NCBI GenBank assembly: GCA_963827275.1
Contig: CAWHAA010000008.1
Coordinates: 256,001-320,000, forward strand
DNA: 64,000 nt
Direction: 5' to 3'
Source: an uncultured Spirochaetota bacterium
Lineage (GTDB): Bacteria > Spirochaetota > UBA4802 > UBA5550
Shown: positions 41,999 to 53,617 of the stretch, one piece after another
Layout: the number at the start of each line of letters is the position of its first letter
Position numbering within the stretch: the stretch's first letter is position 1
Notes under the pieces: model-generated
Told to the model about the DNA's origin: nothing
Database searches by the model: none
The model's input: only the letters and a program-made list of their open reading frames with translations
Position numbers and translations under genes: made by a program

Positions 41999-44900
41999 TC
42001 AGTATGTCGCCCCCAGCTGTTCTTCTTCCCTGATCCGCGCGAGTTTTTCGTCGATCTGGGCGAGCCTCTGTTCGTCCATCGCCCGCTTGTATTCGAGCGG
42101 CAGCACCTTCACAAATTTCGTCAGATATTCGTGCCAGTTTGTCAGGATCTCTTTCGCGACCGTGCTCCCCGTGTATTTCAGGTGCTTCTCAAGGCACTCG
42201 ATGATGAATTCCTGGTCCTCGAACTCGCGGAGCGGCGACAGGTTCACCATCCCCCTGTTGCAGAAGTATTCGAAGGTCGCGTCGCGGTCCAGCACGTAGG
42301 CGATCCCGCCGCTCATGCCGGCCGCGAAGTTCCGGCCCACGCCCCCGAGCACGATGATGCGTCCGCCGGTCATGTATTCCGCGCAGTGGTCGCCGGTCCC
42401 TTCCACGACGGCAATCGCGCCGCTGTTCCGGACCGCGAAGCGCTCGCCCGCGATCCCGCGGATATAGGCCTCGCCCGACGTGGCGCCGTACAGGACCGTG
42501 TTGCCGATTATGATGTTCTCTTCAGGGGCGAATGTGCTCCCCGCGGGCGGCACTGCGATCAGCCTGCCGCCGGAGAGCCCCTTGCCGAAATAGTCGTTCG
42601 CGTCGCCCTCCAGCCGGAAGGTGATGCCCCGCGCCAGGAAGGCGCCGAAGCTCTGGCCCGCGCTTCCGCGGAAGGTGCACTGGATGGAATCCTCCGGCAG
42701 ACCCTCCTCGCCGAAGCGTTTTGAGACTTCGTAGGAGAGCATCGTACCCACGGCCCGGTCAGTGTTGCGTATCGGCATGCTGACCGTGACCGGCATGCGC
42801 CCGTAGGGGGCCATCGCCGGGCTCGACCGCTCGATGAGCGTGCGGTCCATGACATCGTCGATCCGGTGTACCTGCGCCTGCACGCAATGGGCCGGATTCA
42901 GTTTCGCCTCCGCAGGGACAAAGAGGAGGGCGGACGGGTCCACGGTCCCCGCCTTCCAGTGGTCGATGGCCCGCACCGCGAGGAGGTCCCTCCTTCCCAC
43001 CAGGTCGTCGAACGTGCGGATGCCGAGCTCCGCCATGATCTCCCGCACCTCCGCGACGAGGAAGCGGAAGAAGTTTACGAGATGTTCCGGCCTGCCGGTG
43101 AATTTCTTTCTCAGCTCCGGGTCCTGCGTGGCCACGCCGACCGGGCAGGTGTTCTGGTGGCACTTGCGCATCATCACGCAGCCGAGCACGATGAGCGTCG
43201 AGGTGCCGAACCCGAACTCCTCGGCGCCCAGGATGGCCGCGATCACGATGTCACGGCCGGTCTTGAGCTGGCCGTCGGTCTGGAGGCGCACCCTGCCGCG
43301 CAGGTCATTCATGACCAGGGTCTGGTGGGTCTCGGCCAGGCCGATCTCCCAGGGAAGGCCCGCGTGCCTTGATCGAACTGATGGGGCTCGCGCCCGTGCC
43401 GCCCTCGAAGCCGCTGATCAGGATGTTGTCGGCGTGGGCCTTGGCCACCCCGGCCGCGATAGTGCCCACGCCGGACTCGGACACCAGCTTCACGCTGATG
43501 CGGGCGCGTCGGATTGGCGTTTTTCAGGTCGAAGATAAGCTGCGCAAGGTCCTCTATCGAATAGATGTCATGATGGGGCGGCGGCGAGATGAGCGTCACG
43601 CCCGGCGTCGAATGCCTCGTGCGCGCGATGATCTTGTCCACCTTGTAGCCGGGAAGCTGGCCGCCCTCGCCGGGCTTCGCGCCCTGCGCTATCTTTATCT
43701 GGAGCTCGTCCGCGTTCGCGAGGTAGTTGCTGGTGACGCCGAACCGCCCCGACGCAATCTGCTTGATGGCGCTCCGCACCGAGGTGCCGTCCGGCCGTGG
43801 CAGGAAGCGCTCCGGGTCCTCGCCCCCTTCGCCGGAGTTGCTCCGCCCGCTCAGGGAGTTCATCGCCGCCGCGATTGCCTCGTGCGCTTCCTTCGATATC
43901 GACCCGAAGGACATGGCGCCGGTGGTGAGGCGCTTCAGTATGTTTTTCTCCGGCTCCACTTCGTCTAGGGGGACCGGGGTCTGCGGTTTGAAGTCAAACA
44001 GTCCCGCGGATGAAATGCGGCGTCCGGTTCTCCGCGTCCGCCAGGCGCGTGAATTCCTTGAACGTAGCGTAATCGCCCGTGCGCGTTGCCCACTGGAGCA
44101 GGTAGATCGATTCCGGGTTCCAGGCGTGGCGTTCGCCCTGCTTGCGGTACTGGTACTGCGCCCCGTGATTCGAGGAGCTCCGGCCGCCGGTTGAAGGCGA
44201 TGTCGTGCTGCAGCAGCGCCTCGCGCTCGACTTCGGCCGTGGCCGATGCCGCCGATGCGTGACTCGGTGCCGGTGAAGTAGGAATCGATGAGCTCCGGCG
44301 CCGAGGCCGACGGCCTCGAAGATCTGGGCGCCGCGGTAGCTCCGGAGGGTGGAGGTCCCCATCTTGGAGAGCACTTTTAGAAGTCCCTTGTTGAGCGCCT
44401 TTATGTAGTTGTCTTCGGCCTTCATGTAGCGGAGGTTGTTCAGCTCTCCGCGGGTCGCGAGGTCGTGGATGGTCGCGAAGGCGCCGTAGGGGTTGACGGC
44501 GCTCGCCCCGTAGCCGAAGAGGAGGGCGAAGTGCATCACCTCGCGCGCCTCGGCGGTCTCGATGATGAGGCCGATGCGGGTGCGCTTCTTGGTCGCGGAT
44601 CAGGTGGTGGTGGACCCCGGCGCAGGCAAGGAGGGACGGGATCGGGCGCGTTGTCCCGGTCGGCGCCCCGGTCGGAGAGTATGATGTACGCATACCCCTG
44701 GTCAATTTTTTCCTCAACAGCGGCGCAGAGGGCGTCGAGCGCGCGCTTCATGCTCCCCGGCGCGGTCTTTACCGGGAAGGTCATGGGGAGCGGTGACGGC
44801 CTTGAACTCCGGGATTGTCGTTCGCCCGCATGGTCTCGATGTTGCGGTTGGTAAATATCGGGCTCTTGAATTTGATCATGCGGCAGTGCTCGGGCGTTTC

Positions 44901-46551
44901 ATCCAGGAGGTTTTTCTGCTCGCCGATATAGCTGGTCAGCGTCATGACCAGCTCTTCGCGGATCGGGTCGATCGGCGGGTTGGTCACCTGCGCGAAGCAC
45001 TGCTTGAAATAATTGAACAGGCGCTGGGGCCTGTCCGAGAAGACGGCCAGCCGGGCGTATCGGTCCCCATGGAGCCGGTCGGCTCCTGCGCGGTTTCGGC
45101 CATCGGGGCGATGATGTCGTCGATGTCCTCCCGGGTGTACCCGTGCATCAGCTGCATCTCATGGAGCGCTTCTTCATCGAGCGCGACCGGGACATCGCCC
45201 GTTACGTCCAGGTCCTCCAGGTTTACCCGGTTCAGCTGCACCCAGAGGCGGTACGGCTTCCGGGTGTAGATCGGACCGCTTGATCTCGTCATCGGGTATG
45301 ATGCGCCCCTCCTCCATGTCGACCAGCAGCAGTTTGCCGGGCATGAGGCGCCCCTTGTAGACGATCTCGTCGGGCAGGAAAGGTCTGGACCCCCACTTCG
45401 GAGCCCATGACGATCAGGTCGTCGCGGGTGATCACATAGCGCGATGGCCGCAGGCCGTTCCGGTCCAGCGTGCCGCCCACGTACCGCCCGTCGCAGAAGA
45501 CCATGGAGGCGGGGCCGTCCCATGGCTCCATGAAGGTGGAGTGGTACTCGTAAAAGTACTTCAGCTCCTCCGGGATCGGGTTCTTTTCGTTCCACGATTC
45601 CGGGATGAGCATCATGAGGGCATGGGGCAGGGAGCGGCCGGCGAAGTAGAGCATCTCCAGCGCGTTGTCGAAGGAGGCGGAATCGCTTTTTCCCGGCTCG
45701 ATGACCGGCAGGATTTTCTTTATGTCGTCGCCGAACCGGGGAGACACGAAGGCGGATTCGCGCGCCGACATCCAGAACCGGTTTCCCTTGATGGTGTTGA
45801 TCTCGCCGTTATGGGCGATCAGCCTGAAGGGCTGCGCCAGGTCCCACGAGGGGAAGGTGTTGGTGCTGAAGCGGGAATGGACCAGGGCGACGGCGCTTTC
45901 GATGCGCTGGTCGAGCAGGTCCCGGTAATAGTGGCGCACCTGGTTGGGCATGAGCATGCCCTTGTACACGATGGTCCTGCCCGAAAGCGACGGGATATAG
46001 AAAAGGCCTTTCTGCGCCAGGGCGGAGTTCCTGATCCTGTTTTCGATCGTCTTGCGGATGACATACAGCTTCTGCTCCGGAACAACGGCGTCCCCGCCCG
46101 CCGCGATAAATACCTGTTTCATGGCCGGTTCGGAGGCCCGGGAAATTTTCCCCAGCACGGAATTGTCCACGGCGATCTCGCGCCATCCGAGGGTCTTCAT
46201 CCCTTCTTCGGCGATAACACGTTCGAGCTCTGAAACGCACTGCGCCGCCTCGCGCTCATCGCGGGGAAGGAACACGATGCCGGTGCCGTAGCGTCCCGGG
46301 TCGGGAAGGGAGGGCAGGTCGGCCCTGTAAAGCCCGTGCGGGATCTGCATCAGGATGCCCGCGCCGTCGCCGGTCTTGTTGTCGGCGCTTTCCGCGCCAC
46401 GGTGCTCCATCCGCTCCAGCACCTCGAGCCCGCGGCGGATGATATCGTTCGAAGGCGTCCCCTTTATATGTGCGACAAATCCGATGCCGCATGAATCGTG
46501 CTCATGGGCGATGTCGTAGAGTCCTTCCTGTTCCGGTCGCTGCTGCATCAT
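41999..46551 (-). CDS. gltB: Glutamate synthase large subunit, interrupted by many frameshifts
   Basis: HDSCGIGF N-terminus, [52 protein letters not shown] and C-terminal GXGXG. Span is about 4.55 kb (full length) but split over 8 or more ORFs. Confidence 0.93.
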
Positions 46552-46662
46552 CTCCTGCGGGCTCCTCGTGTCGTTATATCACCGTGATGGTTCCGGCCGT
46601 TTCTATGCAGGGTCATATGTAACCTGCCGATGATTCTAATCAATAATATATCATAATCTATA

Positions 46663-46676
46663 TTACAAAAATGTAA
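46663..46676. promoter_or_regulatory. Candidate operator palindrome TTACA-N4-TGTAA
   Basis: Perfect inverted repeat in the divergent gltB / XRE-gene intergenic region. Confidence 0.35.
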
Positions 46677-46793
46677 AATTAATTATTTCTTACAAATTAT
46701 TAAGTGATTCTTAACAGGCGGGGATTATATTGACAATTGAAAGGCAGTGGTGTAATACCATATAACGTTTTCATGAGGCACGGGACACGAACT

Positions 46794-48062
46794 ATGATAA
46801 GTACCGGTCTGGCATATCTGGACAGGTTGACGGGCGGCCTGAAGCTCGGCGATAATGTCGTATGGGAGGCGGCGGACGGTGTGCCGGTCGAGAACTTCAT
46901 CAGGAGCTTTTTCGATGCGGCGCCTAAATTCAGCGGGACCGTAATCTACATCAATTTCAATTTTTCGCCGCACACCCTGCTCAGGCGCTATGACTGGCTG
47001 TTCAACAAGAAAAATTCCATCCTCGTGGACGCCTTCACCCACGGGAAGGGCAACAGCGACAATGTGTTCCTTGATTTCTACACGAGCGGGCAGCATGACC
47101 CGGAGCGCTTCATCTGCATAGAAAATCCGAGAAACATAACCTCCTTCGTGAGTATCCTGAATGAGATAGAGATGAAACACAAGGAGGGGTCGTTTTATAT
47201 TTTTGACGGCGTCACCGGGATGAACGAGCTGTGGAAAGACGAGACGGCGGTCCTCGATTTTTTTACCTTCACCTGCCCGAAGCTCTATGACCTGAACGCG
47301 CTCGCCTACTGGGTCCTCAGCCGCGAGGCGCATTCCCGCGAGTTTATCGCCGGCATCATGCATATCACACAGATCGTATTTTCAATAAACGCCACCGATT
47401 CCGAATATTACGAGCTGAAGGTCCACAAGCTGCAGGACCGGACGCCGCTCTACGGCTCGCAGCCCAGCTATTTCAGGATGATCGAGCAGAAGATCGTGTT
47501 TGATGACAAAAAGATCAACGAGCAGATAAGGATCGGCGAAAGGGTGAAGGGCCTGAGAAAATCGGCGCGCATGACCCAGGCGGAGCTTGCCGCGGCCCTC
47601 ACTATGACCCCGGGCGCCGTGTCGCAGATTGAAAACGACATCATCACGCCGTCGCTGCAGACCCTGCTTCAGCTCTCGTCGGTATTCGGCAGGCCCGTTG
47701 ATTACTTTATCGGGCTGTCCGACGCGGGCAAGGGGAGCAGGGGCTATACCGTCTCACGGAGGGGCGGGTATCTGCCTGTTCCGCACCGGGGCGCGGAGGT
47801 GCTCCGCATTCTTGAAAAGGAATACGGGGGATTTACGCCCTACCTGGTGACGCTGGGCGCCGGCAACACGGTGCCCGGACCGGTCCTTCTGCATAAGGGA
47901 AGGGAATTCATACTGGTGACCGGGGGGTCGCTCAGGCTCGAAGTCGATGACGAGACCATCGTTCTCGATGAGGAAGACGCCATGCTGATAACCGATTCGT
48001 TCGTGTCGAAATGGGAGAGCGCGGGCGATGCCGGTTGTACATTCATATACATGCTGCTGTAA
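46794..48062 (+). CDS. KaiC/RecA-like (no Walker A) domain + XRE HTH + cupin transcriptional regulator
   Basis: ISTGLAYLDRLTGGLKLGDNVVW start; IGERVKGLRK...TQAELA...VSQIEN..TPSL; cupin HKGREFILV..G. Confidence 0.85.
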   Translation: MISTGLAYLDRLTGGLKLGDNVVWEAADGVPVENFIRSFFDAAPKFSGTVIYINFNFSPHTLLRRYDWLFNKKNSILVDAFTHGKGNSDNVFLDFYTSGQHDPERFICIENPRNITSFVSILNEIEMKHKEGSFYIFDGVTGMNELWKDETAVLDFFTFTCPKLYDLNALAYWVLSREAHSREFIAGIMHITQIVFSINATDSEYYELKVHKLQDRTPLYGSQPSYFRMIEQKIVFDDKKINEQIRIGERVKGLRKSARMTQAELAAALTMTPGAVSQIENDIITPSLQTLLQLSSVFGRPVDYFIGLSDAGKGSRGYTVSRRGGYLPVPHRGAEVLRILEKEYGGFTPYLVTLGAGNTVPGPVLLHKGREFILVTGGSLRLEVDDETIVLDEEDAMLITDSFVSKWESAGDAGCTFIYMLL

Positions 48063-48072
48063 GGGGTCCGGG

Positions 48073-50661
48073 ATGAAGACATTGATGAAGATAACCACCG
48101 GTCTGGCAAGCCTTGACGAGGTGTGCGACAGCCTCCGGCTGGGCGACAACGTGGTATGGCAGGTCGATTCGCTGTACGATTACGAGCAGTTCATCCTGCC
48201 CTTTGCCAGCAGCGCCCTCAAGGGCGGCCGGCGGGTGGTCTATATACGTTTCGCGATGCACGAGCCGCTGCTGGCCCCCCACCAGTACAGCGCCATGTAC
48301 GAGCTTGACGCGCAGCGCGGGTTTGAGCTGTTCACGACGGCCCTCCATGCCATCATCGGGAAGGAGGGCCTGGAGGTCTTCTACGTGTTCGATTGCCTCT
48401 CGGATCTGCAGAGCGCCTGGGCCACGGACCTGATGCTCGGCAATTTTTTCAGCATCACCTGCCCCTACCTGTACGAGCTGGATACCATCACCTATTTCGC
48501 GCTGTTGCGGAACAACCACTCTTTTAAAACGATTGCGCGGATACGGGACACCACGCAGCTGCTTATCGAGGTCTATCACACCGAAAACAACAGCTATATC
48601 CATCCGCTGAAGGTATTGAACCGCTACTCCCCGACAATGTTTTTTCCTCATCTGAAAAAGGGGGAGATGTTCACGCCGATCATAAACAGCATCGAGGCGA
48701 CGCAGCTGGTCCGGCACATACAGAAGCGGGGCCTTGAGAGCACCCTGCGGATACTTGATTACTGGGACCGGATCTTCCTGAAGGCCGAGGACCTGATGCA
48801 GATGTCTGACAGCACCGCCGAGAAGGAGGAGATGGTCCGCCAGCTCTGCAGGATGATCATGGGGCGCGATGAAAAGATCCTGACGCTCGCGCAGGAATTC
48901 TTGACCCTCGAGGACTTTCTCGAGATCAAGGACCACCTGATCGGCACCGGGTTTATCGGCGGCAAGTCGGTCGGGATGATCCTCGCGAGAAAGATACTGG
49001 CGAGCAGGAACAGGTCGAAGTGGGAACGGCTCCAGGAGGCGCATGATTCGTTCTATATCGGCTCGGACGTCTTCTATACCTACATCGTCCATAACGGCTG
49101 GTGGAAGCTCTTCATGGAGCACAAGACAGACGAGGGGTACCTGACCGCCGCCGCGCAGCTGCGCGAGCGCATACCGACAGGAAAATTCCCGGACGAGCTC
49201 AAGGACAAGTTCCGCCAGGTAATCGAGTATTACGGCCAGTCCCCCATCATCGTCCGCTCGAGCAGCCTCCTGGAGGACGCGTACGGCAACGCCTTCGCGG
49301 GCAAGTACGAGAGCCTCTTCCTGGTGAACCAGGGCCCGCCGGAGACCCGCTTCGCCGAATTCTCGAAGGCGGTCAAGCAGATCTTCGCCAGCGTGATGAG
49401 CGACGACGCGCTCGCGTACCGCGTCGACAAGGGCCTGCAGAAGCTCGACGAGCAGATGGGCCTGCTGGTCATGCGGGTGTCCGGTTCGTACCATGACAAC
49501 TGCTTCTTCCCGGACATGGCGGGCGTCGGCCTGTCGTACAACCACTATATATGGAACAGCTGCATGGAGCCCGGCGCGGGGATGCTCCGGCATGTCGTCG
49601 GGCTCGGAACGCGCGCGGTCAACCGCACCGAGGGCGACTATCCCAGGATCATCGCGCTGGACTGCCCGCTCATGAAGCCGGTTTCGGGAATCAGCGATGA
49701 GCGGAAATTTTCACAGCGGCATATCGACGTGCTCAATATCACGGACAACAAGCTGGAAACAATAGACGTCGCCGATTATTTCAGGAACAACCAGGTCGCC
49801 ATGTCGCTGATCGGGAAGCGGGACTCGGCCATGGAGCAGCAGCTGCGCGAGCGGGGACTGCCGGAGGGCGAATCATGGCTGGTCGATTTCGACGAATTCA
49901 TAAGCAAGACGCCGTTCGTGAAGGACATGCAGACGGTGCTCAAGATGCTCGAGGAGGTGTACAGGAACCCGGTTGACATAGAGTACACGGTGAATTTCAC
50001 CTCCGAGGGCAATTACCGCATCAACCTCCTCCAGTGCCGTCCGCAGCAGGCCAGGTGGCGCCAGGATACGGTCGTGATGCCGGAATCGGTCGAAGAAGAC
50101 AGACTGTTTTTCAGCTCAAGAGGCGGGTTCCTGGGAGGGAATATCGCGAGCGACATCAAGTGGATCATCGCCATCGACCCGGCCGCCTACAGCGACCTTC
50201 CCCAGGGGGACAAGTATAACGTCGCCCGCCTCATCGGGCAGATCAACAGGAAGATACAGAACAGGCGGGAAGCCCCCGTCATGCTGGTCGGCCCGGGACG
50301 CTGGGGGAGCACGACGCCGTCCCTCGGCGTGCCGGTGAAATACTTCGAGATCAATAACGCGTCGGTCATCGTCGAGATCGCCTTCATGCGCGACGACCTG
50401 ATCCCCGAAATCTCTTACGGGACGCATTTCTTCCAGGACCTGGTGGAGAACGATACCTACTACATCGCGATGACGCCCGGCAAGGAGGAGGCGCGCTTTA
50501 ATCCGGCCGTGCTTTCCCGGTACCGGAACATCGTGGGGGAGATCATCCCGGATGAGGGACGCTTCCATGATGTCATTGCCGTGTATGATGCTGATTATTC
50601 CGTGAGGCTCCTCGCCGATACCGCGAGCCAGAAGGTGCTGTGCTTCGTTCACCAGGACTGA
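48073..50661 (+). CDS. KaiC/RecA-like domain + PPDK/PEP-synthase N-terminal ATP-grasp domain protein (no pyruvate-binding barrel)
   Basis: ITTGLASLD...LRLGDNVVW; IGGKSVG, IIVRSSSLLED..AFAGKYES, GLGTRAV, DIEY, LLQCRP; C-terminal GPGRWGS...SYGTHFF. Confidence 0.85.
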   Translation: MKTLMKITTGLASLDEVCDSLRLGDNVVWQVDSLYDYEQFILPFASSALKGGRRVVYIRFAMHEPLLAPHQYSAMYELDAQRGFELFTTALHAIIGKEGLEVFYVFDCLSDLQSAWATDLMLGNFFSITCPYLYELDTITYFALLRNNHSFKTIARIRDTTQLLIEVYHTENNSYIHPLKVLNRYSPTMFFPHLKKGEMFTPIINSIEATQLVRHIQKRGLESTLRILDYWDRIFLKAEDLMQMSDSTAEKEEMVRQLCRMIMGRDEKILTLAQEFLTLEDFLEIKDHLIGTGFIGGKSVGMILARKILASRNRSKWERLQEAHDSFYIGSDVFYTYIVHNGWWKLFMEHKTDEGYLTAAAQLRERIPTGKFPDELKDKFRQVIEYYGQSPIIVRSSSLLEDAYGNAFAGKYESLFLVNQGPPETRFAEFSKAVKQIFASVMSDDALAYRVDKGLQKLDEQMGLLVMRVSGSYHDNCFFPDMAGVGLSYNHYIWNSCMEPGAGMLRHVVGLGTRAVNRTEGDYPRIIALDCPLMKPVSGISDERKFSQRHIDVLNITDNKLETIDVADYFRNNQVAMSLIGKRDSAMEQQLRERGLPEGESWLVDFDEFISKTPFVKDMQTVLKMLEEVYRNPVDIEYTVNFTSEGNYRINLLQCRPQQARWRQDTVVMPESVEEDRLFFSSRGGFLGGNIASDIKWIIAIDPAAYSDLPQGDKYNVARLIGQINRKIQNRREAPVMLVGPGRWGSTTPSLGVPVKYFEINNASVIVEIAFMRDDLIPEISYGTHFFQDLVENDTYYIAMTPGKEEARFNPAVLSRYRNIVGEIIPDEGRFHDVIAVYDADYSVRLLADTASQKVLCFVHQD

Positions 50662-50745
50662 TCCGCCCCGGCAAACAGGGCGGGGCCTGAATGGAATTTC
50701 AAGAAGGATGGCCCGGTTTCAACCCGCCGCATGCAAGCAGCGTTA

Positions 50746-51498
50746 TTAACTCAATTCTTTTATCTTTTCACGCAACGCTCTTTGGAGCGCGTTATAAATA
50801 AACATCTGGATATGCTCCTTGACCGCGGGATGATTTTCGTATTTAAACATTATTATGCATATATTATTCTCATTTCTTGAAGAAATGGCCTTGCCTGAAA
50901 TTTTAAAGACCTTGCCGTCGAGGCGGATTTGAAGATCGTTAAAACAGGTGTCCGCTTTTATTTCTATATTTTCCTGGAAGGAGCATGCCATCGCGAATGT
51001 GCTTATGTCATGGATTATGCCGACATGGATCGCATCACCTATTTTTATGCTGAAAGAGGCCCTGTGCATCTCTTCGCATTTCGCCCTGATATATTTTCTT
51101 TTGCCCCTCGCGTTATGTTTCTCAAGCAGCTCGAGTATTGATTTCGAACAGAGTTCAATGCCGTTCTCGAGGGATACGCATACGCTGGACAGCGATTTGT
51201 ACGGATCAATCTTTTCTGTTTCCTTTGCAATTGCGCCGACCATCACATTCTGGATCGAGTTTATCTGGTCGATCTCTTTAATATATTCATCCCAATTGGA
51301 GTGCCTGAGCGGTTGGTCAACATTGACGAACAGCAGTGATTTGTTTAATTCGGTGAGTAATTTACGGGCTGCCGCATGGTCATTGATTAAAAATGCCTCA
51401 TATTCATTTGTTATAATGTCTTTGATAATCCTGGTCTCGGTTTCCTGGTGCGGGTATAGAAAAAAAATTCTCCTGGAATCGCTGTTCGGATTCAACAT
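50746..51498 (-). CDS. PilZ-domain protein (AT-rich)
   Basis: RKYIR (RxxxR) and DISTFA (DxSxxG-like) in the C-terminal half. Confidence 0.65.
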   Translation of the reverse strand: MLNPNSDSRRIFFLYPHQETETRIIKDIITNEYEAFLINDHAAARKLLTELNKSLLFVNVDQPLRHSNWDEYIKEIDQINSIQNVMVGAIAKETEKIDPYKSLSSVCVSLENGIELCSKSILELLEKHNARGKRKYIRAKCEEMHRASFSIKIGDAIHVGIIHDISTFAMACSFQENIEIKADTCFNDLQIRLDGKVFKISGKAISSRNENNICIIMFKYENHPAVKEHIQMFIYNALQRALREKIKELS

Positions 51499-51814
51499 AG
51501 TAGTAATTTCCTTGTTCTCGTTATAACTTCAGCTGATTGCTTTTTTTGTTGCAATGACACTATCGTTAAGCCGGTTATTTGTAAAAAGAAAAATTAGCGG
51601 GAATAAAAAAATTTCAAGGCCCCTGCCGCGTGGATAGGCAGTACCGGAGAGATTCCGCTCTGTTGTAGCGTCGTTCCGGTTGATTCACAGGTTTTCCAAT
51701 TGATTTTCCCGGCTGATATTCCTTCTCTGTGTTAAGCAATGCTGAATTATTTGCCATATGTCCTTCTTTTGCCCTCTTGCGCTCCGTTATTATGTCACTT
51801 ATCTGAATAAAATT

Positions 51815-51828
51815 TAACATATATGTAA
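51815..51828. promoter_or_regulatory. Candidate operator TAACA-N4-TGTAA upstream of gdhA
   Basis: One mismatch from the palindrome at 46663. Confidence 0.3.
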
Positions 51829-52025
51829 CAAAGGAAATTGAAAATTAATTTGAATTTATACTATAAATAAGGGGTTTAGTTTCACTAATAAGAAATTTTA
51901 ACTGTTCTATAGTTTTGATCAAGCCCTGAAAAAATCCTGAACAGGCTTGAAGCGCATGGTTTGTAACGATTGTATTGCCCACCGTCAGGGTATAATCGCT
52001 CTTTCAGGAATTATTTAACAATTAG

Positions 52026-53393
<1,368 letters not shown>

Positions 53394-53419
53394 TAGTTTT
53401 GACTGACAGCTGCTGAAAC

Positions 53420-53452
53420 AAAAAACGGCGATGCAAATCGCCGTTTTTTTTT
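53420..53452 (+). terminator. Rho-independent terminator of gdhA
   Basis: AAAAAACGGCGAT-GCAA-ATCGCCG-T9. Confidence 0.88.
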
Positions 53453-53617
53453 CAGAAGGCGCCACAGACGTGAAATTTTCCACGGATAGCGCCGCCGGCA
53501 TCCTTTTTTGTTTGACGTTCACAGGGTATTTAAAAACATATGCCTGTGAGAATGTTTGGCAGCGGGACCGGGGAAGGGCGCACGGGTACATACTTCGATC
53601 ATAACAGGAGAACGGCA

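Noticed and set aside
51614..51820. 68-aa ORF upstream of the PilZ-like gene
   Set aside because: Short, no motif, and overlaps the probable promoter region; unsupported.
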